From IMG/VR virus record IMGVR_UViG_3300045988_183972: 64,000 bases of DNA. One strand, written 5' to 3'. The stretch comes from a virus. The position numbers and the translations under genes are program-made. Each line of letters begins with the position of its first letter. Position 1 is the stretch's first letter. The notes under the pieces were generated by a model. It saw only the letters and a program-made list of their open reading frames with translations, had not been told where the DNA came from and ran no database searches. Positions 56,880 to 64,000 of the stretch are shown in pieces.

Positions 56880-59552
56880 ATGAATAGTAATAATATTGTT
56901 GAATGTATGTTTTTTGGTCAGAGATTTAATGAAAAGCCTTCTAAAATGGAAACAGGATATATACAGAAGAATATAACGATTGCAAACATAACAATAGAAA
57001 ATTTAGCAGAAGCTCTTGTTAATGGTGCTTCTTTTAGACCAAGCATATTAATAGGGGGACGTACAAAAGATGATTGGAAAAGACAACAGCTTTTTGGTTT
57101 AGATTTTGATAGTGGTGTTTCTATTGATGCATCATACAATAAAGCTATATCATTAGGTCTTATTCCTGTATTTATGTATACTACATTTAGTCATACTTCA
57201 GAACATCATAAATATAGAATGATTTTTTGTACCGACAAAGTCATTACAGATATGGCTTTAAGAGACAAATTCCAAGCTACTCTTATGGGTTTAATGGGAG
57301 ATATAGATAAAGTATGTTTTAACAGAGATAGATTATTTTTTGGAGGAAAAGGTAAAGAAATACTTTTTCCTAATTTCAATGCAAAACTTAATGTAGAAGA
57401 AATTATAGATAAGTATTGGAAAGATGAATTTGAAGTATATATAAAAGGACAAACTAAGTCTAAAAAAAGAAAATTAAAGAAAACAACAGAACCTAAACAA
57501 AACAATTCATTTACTGTTATAAATTATGAGCCAGATATTGATGAAATACCTTATGCAAGTTATCCAGTAAGATGTGTTACCTTAGGTAATTTACGTTGCC
57601 TAAAAAAATATTATGATAGTATTATTTGGGCAGAAGGAATGCACAGAGAAAGATTTATTTTTATTTATTATAACTGTGTTAAATTACTTTATGGTTCAGA
57701 TAGAGCTTATAAAGAATGTATAGAATTAAACAATGGTATGGAAGAGCCGTTAACAGCATATGAATTAAAATCTGCAATAATACATACAGATGAACATATG
57801 GAAAATAAAGATTGGTATAGAAAAGCATTACACGGAGATGGATGTTTTATTTTTAGACCTGAAACAATTATTTCAGATAAATGGTTAAATATAGATGAAG
57901 AAACAGCTATAAAATGTGGATTTTTTGATAATAAAATAAGAAAAGAAAAAATAGAAGAAAATAAAAAGTTAGATACTCTTAGAGATAAAGAAGTAGCTAG
58001 ATTATATTTATCTGGATTAGGTTATAAAAAAATAGTTAATAGCCTTTCTAAAGAATATAAATGTAGTGCATCTACAGTTAAAAGAACTATAGAGAGATTA
58101 GGAATAAAAGAAAGAAATATTTCTTTAGAAGATATAGAGTTTAATGAAAATAAGAAGTATGCCAAACATTCGTTTGGGGTGCCGAAAGTGACTAAACTAG
58201 AAAAAGAAGTTTTTAAGGTAAAGTCTAAAAAAGAAATATCAGATAATAAAGAAGATAATATAGTATTTTTAAATGAAGACTGTAAGAGATTATATGAAAC
58301 GTCTAAAAATGCAGGGTCAGAAAGTAATATTAATGAACAGGAGATAGCTATTGAAACAATATTAAATAATCCTACAGTTAATTACTGTTTAAAAGGTAAA
58401 GCTGGTACAGGTAAAAGTTATTGTATTAATAGTTTATTACAGAGATTAACAGAAGAAGAAAGAAAAAAGACATTAGTAGTAGCTCCAACAGGAGTAGCTG
58501 CTTCTAATATTACATATACAACAGCTCATACAATACATTCAATATTTGAGTTATATACATTCGTACAAAGACAAGATGAACATATTAGGATACCTAAGAT
58601 TTTATTAAATGTAGATAGAATTATCATTGATGAAATAGGTATGGTAAGAAAAGATGTATTTAATCAGTTAGTACGAATTATTAATAATGCTCAAAAATTA
58701 ACAGGTAATAAAATACAGTTAATATTAGCAGGAGATTTTGGACAGATTTCCCCTGTTGTTACAAAAGAAGATAAAACTGTAATGGATATTTATTACAAGG
58801 GAAGTGAAGATAAATATTTCTGTTTTGATAGTCCTTTATGGGATAGTTTAGATATTCATACAATAGTATTAAGAAATAATCATAGACATAATAATGATGA
58901 TTGCGATGAATTACAGAAAGAATTTATTAATATATGTGATGAGATTAAATTTGGAGCTATATCAGGATTAAAATGGTTAAATAATAACTTAAAACATACT
59001 GCTATAGAAGATGGAATATATCTTTGTGCTAATAATAAACAGGTTGATGTTTATAATAAAATGTATACAGATAAATTCACAGATAAAAAGACATATAATG
59101 CTATATGTTTTGGAGTAACAGAAGGAAGAAAATTACCAGTAAAACTTAGTTTAGAATTAGCAGTAGGTATGAAAATAATGACTCTTATTAATACAAAGAA
59201 ATATAAGAATGGTAGTTTAGGAGTAATAACAAAGCTTTATAAGGATAAGATTAAAGTAAAGTTAGATAATACAGGAAAAGAGGTTACTGTAAAATATACT
59301 GAATTTAAGATAAATGAAGAAACTGATGAAGTATTATATCAGTTACCAATAGCTATAGCATATGCTATTACTGTAAATAAAGCACAAGGATTAACATTAG
59401 AGAAAGTAAATATTGTTCCTGGCTTTTTTGCGGCAGGACAATTATATACAGCTATAACAAGAATAAAGAATGTACATAATATTAGTATTATTGGTGAATT
59501 AAAAGAAACTGATTTAGTTGTAGATACAAGAGCATTAAGTTTTATTGCTTAA
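56880..59552 (+). CDS. replication protein: AEP-type primase(-polymerase)-like N-domain, central HTH, C-terminal PIF1/RecD-like helicase
   Basis: N-terminal LFGLDFD (DxD), central LYLSGLGYKKIVNSLSKEYKCSASTVKRTIERLGI (sigma-r4/LuxR-like HTH), helicase motifs LKGKAGTGKSYCI, VVAPTGVAASNI, IIIDEIGMV, AITVNKAQGLTL; GAGAGGAGTATCTGCTAATG RBS. Confidence 0.6.
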   Translation: MNSNNIVECMFFGQRFNEKPSKMETGYIQKNITIANITIENLAEALVNGASFRPSILIGGRTKDDWKRQQLFGLDFDSGVSIDASYNKAISLGLIPVFMYTTFSHTSEHHKYRMIFCTDKVITDMALRDKFQATLMGLMGDIDKVCFNRDRLFFGGKGKEILFPNFNAKLNVEEIIDKYWKDEFEVYIKGQTKSKKRKLKKTTEPKQNNSFTVINYEPDIDEIPYASYPVRCVTLGNLRCLKKYYDSIIWAEGMHRERFIFIYYNCVKLLYGSDRAYKECIELNNGMEEPLTAYELKSAIIHTDEHMENKDWYRKALHGDGCFIFRPETIISDKWLNIDEETAIKCGFFDNKIRKEKIEENKKLDTLRDKEVARLYLSGLGYKKIVNSLSKEYKCSASTVKRTIERLGIKERNISLEDIEFNENKKYAKHSFGVPKVTKLEKEVFKVKSKKEISDNKEDNIVFLNEDCKRLYETSKNAGSESNINEQEIAIETILNNPTVNYCLKGKAGTGKSYCINSLLQRLTEEERKKTLVVAPTGVAASNITYTTAHTIHSIFELYTFVQRQDEHIRIPKILLNVDRIIIDEIGMVRKDVFNQLVRIINNAQKLTGNKIQLILAGDFGQISPVVTKEDKTVMDIYYKGSEDKYFCFDSPLWDSLDIHTIVLRNNHRHNNDDCDELQKEFINICDEIKFGAISGLKWLNNNLKHTAIEDGIYLCANNKQVDVYNKMYTDKFTDKKTYNAICFGVTEGRKLPVKLSLELAVGMKIMTLINTKKYKNGSLGVITKLYKDKIKVKLDNTGKEVTVKYTEFKINEETDEVLYQLPIAIAYAITVNKAQGLTLEKVNIVPGFFAAGQLYTAITRIKNVHNISIIGELKETDLVVDTRALSFIA
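58168..58218 (+). repeat. copy 3 of the conserved ~50-nt motif, embedded in the primase-helicase gene linker
   Basis: cgtttggggtgccgaaagtgactaaactagaaaaagaagtttttaagg. Confidence 0.5.
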
Positions 59553-59613
59553 ATAAAAAGCAGTTAAAAAATACAATACATAAATTAAGATTATATGAAA
59601 GGAAATTAAAATT

Positions 59614-60087
59614 ATGGATAAAAGAAAAGTAATGACAGGACATTATCAGGAAAATATGTTTGGAGATTTAATGGATAGAGAAGATTATTTTCATAAGCTG
59701 CCGAACCTTTCAAGAAGACAGGTAGAACTTCCTAAGGAAAAAGAGAAAGTATTTTTTATAAAAGAAGATGAAATTGATTGGGGATTAAGAAGCCAAGAGC
59801 TATTAGATGAAGAAAAAAATACGATATATGAAGTATATGATTTAACTGAATGTCCAGAAGATGCAACAATATATAGAGATTTATTTAACGCTAATGATTA
59901 TATTACTGCATTAAAATTAGGAATGAAATTAGCAAAAGAAGGTTACACATCTATAAAAGTTATGGATATAGATAAATTAAATGAATATCTTGAAAGTAAG
60001 AATAAAGAGAAGGCTGTAGAAAATACTAAAGAAATAACAAAAGAAATAGCTGATAAAGAAATAGAAGATTTGTTCATATTAGATTAA
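59614..60087 (+). CDS. hypothetical acidic protein (157 aa)
   Basis: GAAAGGAAATTAAAATTATG. Confidence 0.4.
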   Translation: MDKRKVMTGHYQENMFGDLMDREDYFHKLPNLSRRQVELPKEKEKVFFIKEDEIDWGLRSQELLDEEKNTIYEVYDLTECPEDATIYRDLFNANDYITALKLGMKLAKEGYTSIKVMDIDKLNEYLESKNKEKAVENTKEITKEIADKEIEDLFILD

Positions 60088-60161
60088 AGATATAAATATC
60101 TTTTCTGTAATGTTCTTATGTAGATATTAAATTATCAAGAAAAGAAGGAAAGTAAATATTA

Positions 60162-60482
60162 ATGGAGTTTGCAGTACAAAGCAATGTTATTAGAGAACTT
60201 TCAAAACAGCAATATCAGACATTAATGGAATTATGTCAGTATTCAAACAATCTTTACAATGTCGCACTTTACAATATCAGACAATATTTCTTTAATGAGA
60301 AACAGTTTTTAACTTACGAGAGTAATTATCACGAGTGTAAAGAAAATGAAAACTATGCTTTGTTACAAGCAGGAGTTGCACAACAGACTTTAAAAGTCGC
60401 TGATAGAAATTTTAAATCATTCTTTAATCTATTAAAGAAATGTAAAACTGGTGATTATCGTTACCATAAAGTTCACAAGTAG
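60162..60482 (+). pseudogene. truncated N-terminal fragment of a second, divergent TnpB/OrfB-like gene
   Basis: ...LQAGVAQQTLKVADRNFKSFFNLLKK matches the conserved N-terminal region of IS605 OrfB/TnpB proteins; ORF ends after 106 aa with no RuvC/zinc-finger region. Confidence 0.4.
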
Positions 60483-60511
60483 CAATAGAGATTTCAGTTT
60501 CTAATAAAAGA

Positions 60512-60733
60512 ATGCGAAATACTAATTTTGATATTTTACCTGACGAATATACAAAAATACTAATAACAAAAGATAATAAAGATGAAAATAATAATATTGA
60601 AAAGATACCATATTATGATTTCATATATGAGTTATCTAAAGGCAAACAATTATTAGAGTACAAGAGAACTCCTATAAAAGTAAATGAACCTAATATAGAG
60701 CAAGAAAAAATATGTGATATAAAAACACAATAA
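60512..60733 (+). CDS. hypothetical small protein (73 aa)
   Basis: ORF. Confidence 0.3.
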   Translation: MRNTNFDILPDEYTKILITKDNKDENNNIEKIPYYDFIYELSKGKQLLEYKRTPIKVNEPNIEQEKICDIKTQ

Positions 60734-60780
60734 TAAAATATTTTTAAAATAAGGGCTGTTTTTTAAGACAGAACCCTTAT

Positions 60781-60813
60781 TTTTTTTCACTTTGAGACAA
60801 TATTATTGTATAA
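60781..60813 (+). promoter_or_regulatory. terminator hairpin (aagggctgt...acagaaccctt) plus recurrent promoter-like motif TTTTTTTCACTTTGAGACAATATTATTGTATAA
   Basis: Consensus match. Confidence 0.35.
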
Positions 60814-60849
60814 AGTGATATTGTTGTAATTATAAAAAAGGAGCGAAAA

Positions 60850-61101
60850 ATGTTTAATATTCGTAAAAAGAAACTAAAAAAGATATTAGATAGACAATAT
60901 GAGTGTTCTTCATTAAGAGATTATTTAAGAAATATAACACATAAAGAATTACATATACTTGCAGAAGAAATAATATGGAAAAATTATGATGGTTATAATA
61001 CAGAAGCTTGTTTATCAAAACAAAAGCATTATGATTATATGGATAGAGATAGTAAAGAATTTTTTATATATGAAAATAGTTCTCTATTAGGATTATATTA
61101 G
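60850..61101 (+). CDS. hypothetical small protein (83 aa)
   Basis: AAAAAGGAGCGAAAAATG. Confidence 0.4.
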   Translation: MFNIRKKKLKKILDRQYECSSLRDYLRNITHKELHILAEEIIWKNYDGYNTEACLSKQKHYDYMDRDSKEFFIYENSSLLGLY

Positions 61102-61130
61102 TTTTTTATTAATATAAGGAGCATATAACA

Positions 61131-61688
61131 ATGAAAAAGAAAAGTTTTATAAAAGAGTTTATAAAAAGAAATGAAGAATATTATGCAGAGTTTCTTGTAT
61201 TTTTAGATGTTACTATTTCTTTTATTATAGGAGGAGTAATAACATTTTTAACAAATAATCATTCAGAAAATAATTGTTATTTTTTTATTAATTTACTTGA
61301 AAATATAATTATTGTGTTAATTATAAGTTTTTTAATAATGTATTGTTTATTTTTAGTATTTGTAAAAATAATTCCTAATGTTATTAATTTTGTAAATAAA
61401 CAGAAAGCAATTTATAAATATGTTCGTTTATTTAATGAACTTGAAAATAGAAAATTTTTAGATACAGCTTTAGATGTTACAGCATATATTATAAAAATAT
61501 TAAATTATAAAAAAGCAGATGGTTCTTTTTCAGTTATAAAATTAACAAAGGAAGATACATATAAGTTATCAGATTTTTATAAAAAAAGATTTAATGAGCC
61601 TATAATGATAGAAGATAAAATGTTTAAGAAAATTGGATATAAAAATCCATTTCCATATAGCGAAGTTATATGGTGTTCTAATCCTTAA
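61131..61688 (+). CDS. hypothetical membrane protein (185 aa)
   Basis: Two long hydrophobic helices; AAGGAGCATATAACAATG. Confidence 0.4.
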   Translation: MKKKSFIKEFIKRNEEYYAEFLVFLDVTISFIIGGVITFLTNNHSENNCYFFINLLENIIIVLIISFLIMYCLFLVFVKIIPNVINFVNKQKAIYKYVRLFNELENRKFLDTALDVTAYIIKILNYKKADGSFSVIKLTKEDTYKLSDFYKKRFNEPIMIEDKMFKKIGYKNPFPYSEVIWCSNP

Positions 61689-61785
61689 AAAATAAAGCTT
61701 CAATATTGTTTTTTATAAAAATATGACAATATATATAAAATAATTAATTTATTTCTTACCAATAAAGAAAAGAGGATAAAAAGCT

Positions 61786-62676
61786 ATGGATAATACAGCT
61801 TTAGCAAAGAGAATGAAAAAATATTATGAAGAAGTACCTAAAACAAGATTAATAAGAAGAATGCCAGTATGTATAAGATTAGATGGAAAAGCATTTCATA
61901 CGTTTTTAAAGGGATTTAAAAAGCCATTTGATGATATATTTATAAAAACAATGCAGGATACTATGAGATACTTATGTCAGAATATACAGGGATGTGTATT
62001 AGGTTATTCACAATCAGATGAAATCAGTTTAATACTTATAGATTATCAAAAACTCACAACAAGTGCCTGGTTTGATTATAATGTTCAAAAGATATGTAGT
62101 GTGTCATCAAGTATGGCTACATTAACCTTTAATAAGCTATTAAAAAACAATGTTGATAAATATAAGGTTGAAAAATGGGATGGAGTTTCAAAGTATAAAA
62201 ATGGAGAAGATGAATATATTGAGACATTATTAAGAGCAGTTGATAAAGGTGCAATGTTTGATAGTAGATGTTTTAATATACCAAAGGAAGAGGTTGCTAA
62301 TTTAATATTCTGGAGACAATTTGATGCAAGCAATAATTCAGTACAAATGGTAGGACAGGCTTATTTTACGCAAGAAGAACTTAATAACAAGAATACTAAT
62401 CAGATACAGGATATGTTAATGACACAGAAAGGTATTAACTGGAATGACTTACCAACTTATCAGAAGAGAGGAAGTTGTTGTGTAAAACATAATTTTTGGA
62501 TTGATAAGAATGATGGTGAAGAATTTAGTAAAGAATATTCAGAAGCATTAGACAGAACTGCAATAGATGAAAATGCTATTAAGAGAACAAAGTGGATTAT
62601 AGATGAAAATATTCCTATTTTTAAAGGTGAAAATAGAAAATATATAAATGATTTAATATTATATAATGAAGAGTAA
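61786..62676 (+). CDS. Thg1-like protein (tRNA-His guanylyltransferase family 3'-5' nucleotidyltransferase, TLP)
   Basis: RMPVCIRLDGKAFHTF and GYSQSDEISLIL match Thg1 catalytic motifs VVRLDGRNFHRF / GQSDEYSF (two metal-binding Asp); AAAGAGGATAAAAAGCTATG. Confidence 0.55.
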   Translation: MDNTALAKRMKKYYEEVPKTRLIRRMPVCIRLDGKAFHTFLKGFKKPFDDIFIKTMQDTMRYLCQNIQGCVLGYSQSDEISLILIDYQKLTTSAWFDYNVQKICSVSSSMATLTFNKLLKNNVDKYKVEKWDGVSKYKNGEDEYIETLLRAVDKGAMFDSRCFNIPKEEVANLIFWRQFDASNNSVQMVGQAYFTQEELNNKNTNQIQDMLMTQKGINWNDLPTYQKRGSCCVKHNFWIDKNDGEEFSKEYSEALDRTAIDENAIKRTKWIIDENIPIFKGENRKYINDLILYNEE

Positions 62677-62691
62677 GAAAGGAATGATAGC

Positions 62692-63261
62692 ATGAAAAAA
62701 ATTCCTACTTTATTTAAAAGAGTTTATAAAGATAATAAAATTATAGATATACTTCCTGAAGTTACTGAAGGTATGGAATGGGGTTTAAAAGGAGAAGGAA
62801 TAGCCACGGTAAAAATAGATGGTTCTTGTAGTGCTATCATTAATGGTGTATTTTATAAGAGATACGATGCTAAAAATGGAAAACCTATTCCTAAGGGAGC
62901 TATTAAATGTCAGGAAGCAGCAGACCCGATTACAGGACATTTGCCTTGCTGGATTAGAGTAGATAAAGACAATCCTAGTGATAAATGGTTTTATGTTGCA
63001 TATCTAAATACATTAAAGGATAAAGAAGACTTAGTAAATGGAACATATGAGGCAATAGGCCCTCATTTTCAAGGAAATCCTTATAATCTATCTGAAGATA
63101 TATTACAAAAACACGGAAAATTTGTAATAGAAGTTGAAAGAAGTTTTGAAGGAATAAAGAAGTATTTATCAGAACATTATATTGAAGGTATTGTATTTTG
63201 GAAAGATGGAGAGCCGAAATGTAAGATAAAAAGGTCAGATTTTGGATTTGAGTGGAAGTAA
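62692..63261 (+). CDS. minimal covalent nucleotidyltransferase (RNA/DNA ligase-like) domain protein
   Basis: Motif I TVKIDGS (KxDG), motif IV EGIVFW, motif V KCKIKR in canonical order; 189 aa; GAAAGGAATGATAGCATG. Confidence 0.45.
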   Translation: MKKIPTLFKRVYKDNKIIDILPEVTEGMEWGLKGEGIATVKIDGSCSAIINGVFYKRYDAKNGKPIPKGAIKCQEAADPITGHLPCWIRVDKDNPSDKWFYVAYLNTLKDKEDLVNGTYEAIGPHFQGNPYNLSEDILQKHGKFVIEVERSFEGIKKYLSEHYIEGIVFWKDGEPKCKIKRSDFGFEWK

Positions 63262-63387
63262 TATAAAATAATAATATAAAAAATAAAAATTATTATAATA
63301 TGTGATATATTTTAGAAAAGGATATAAATTTACCAAGTTCATTGATTAATATTTTTTAAGTTTAAAAATAAAAGGAGAATTTTAGAT

Positions 63388-63816
63388 ATGGGTTCTTATA
63401 CAAATTATAGTATGGAAGTAATAGATATTGATAATAAGGGATATGATGCGTATAAAATGGCAAAATATATGTTAGAAAAAAATAATGAGTCTGAAAAATT
63501 TTATGCTTTTCAATATAACTTAAGAGATTTTATAGAAAATATTGACCCTAAATTTAAAATAGATTATGCATTATGTCTGGATAGTAATAAGAAAACTAAA
63601 TGGTATGATAATGAAGATGAAATGCTAGAATTATCACAAGAATTCCCTGATGTACTTTTTAAATTACACGGAGAAGGTGAAGAGAGTGGAGATATTTGGG
63701 ATAAGTATTTTATGAATGGAAAGATGCAATATTGTCCAGCAGAAATACATATTCCAGAATTCGATAGAAACAAATTAGAAGGAATAAGTCAAGATAATAT
63801 AGAAATGGATAGGTAA
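63388..63816 (+). CDS. hypothetical protein (142 aa)
   Basis: AAAAGGAGAATTTTAGATATG. Confidence 0.4.
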   Translation: MGSYTNYSMEVIDIDNKGYDAYKMAKYMLEKNNESEKFYAFQYNLRDFIENIDPKFKIDYALCLDSNKKTKWYDNEDEMLELSQEFPDVLFKLHGEGEESGDIWDKYFMNGKMQYCPAEIHIPEFDRNKLEGISQDNIEMDR

Positions 63817-63821
63817 AGATT

Positions 63822-64000
63822 ATGGAAAAAGGAACAGATATATGTTTAGCAGAGATAGCTTTTTTAATATTAAGAAATATTCCTAATGGGTATTCAAAAG
63901 AAGAAAAAGACTGTTTTGGAAATGGTGTTATTACTATGTTAAACACTTTACAAAGTACACTTGATATATTAAAAGAAAATTCTAATATAAATATGGAAGA
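63822..64000 (+). CDS. hypothetical protein (5' partial, runs off window end)
   Basis: ATG 63822 after AGGTAAAG; open to end of window. Confidence 0.3.
   Translation, partial: MEKGTDICLAEIAFLILRNIPNGYSKEEKDCFGNGVITMLNTLQSTLDILKENSNINME

Noticed and set aside
1-64000. CRISPR arrays, rRNA genes, phage capsid/tail/terminase genes
   Set aside because: No regularly spaced direct repeats with unique spacers and no GC-rich rRNA-like stretches. No ORFs with portal, capsid, tail or terminase-like motifs. The window reads as a plasmid/ICE-type element rather than a prophage.

Overview
Very AT-rich window (roughly 25-30% GC by eye) that looks like a large accessory mobile element of a low-GC Firmicute. 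A conjugative plasmid or ICE fits better than a phage, and the host is probably clostridial. Genes are densely packed and almost all on the + strand. RBSs resemble GGAGGTGAT. Many T-rich hairpin terminators are followed by a recurrent promoter-like motif. No phage capsid or tail genes, rRNA, complete tRNA or CRISPR array were found. Most ORFs are small proteins of unknown function.

Genes with supportable calls:
- 1-11.5 kb: conjugation and cell-wall module. It holds a TcpE/ORF17-like membrane protein, a VirB4/TcpF-family ATPase, and a 1481-aa membrane-anchored protein. That protein has a Cys/His-repeat region and an apparently degenerate NlpC/P60-like C-terminus. An M20/M28-like peptidase domain protein and a secreted Amidase_3 amidase follow.
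- A 615-aa acidic protein with three internal repeats, and a HAD-type deoxyribonucleotidase-like gene.
- A Tad/Flp-like module: pilin-like peptides, a TadA/CpaF/VirB11-family ATPase and a polytopic platform protein.
- Two PIF1/RecD-like helicases, one of them fused to an AEP-primase-like N-terminus and an HTH. This fusion lies next to an ORF-free AT-rich region with iteron-like repeats, a putative origin.
- A minus-strand island with an HExxH protein and a RuvC-like resolvase.
- A flotillin/SPFH protein.
- Three radical SAM enzymes. One is an RlmN/Cfr-family core whose conserved C-terminal AACGQL segment lies on a separate small upstream ORF.
- A NACHT/STAND-like P-loop NTPase split at a T9 tract.
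- An ATLF/M34-like HEIGH zincin.
- An IS200/IS605-family TnpB element with terminal hairpins and a putative omega-RNA region, plus a separate TnpB N-terminal remnant.
- A Thg1-like (3'-5' nucleotidyltransferase) gene next to a minimal KxDG ligase-like gene, a candidate tRNA/RNA repair pair.

Noncoding observations:
- A conserved ~50-nt motif in three same-orientation copies (13.47 kb, 29.70 kb, 58.19 kb).
- A tRNA T-arm-like GC island.
- A 25-nt palindrome.
- A conserved GAAA/TTTC leader upstream of three tandem small genes.
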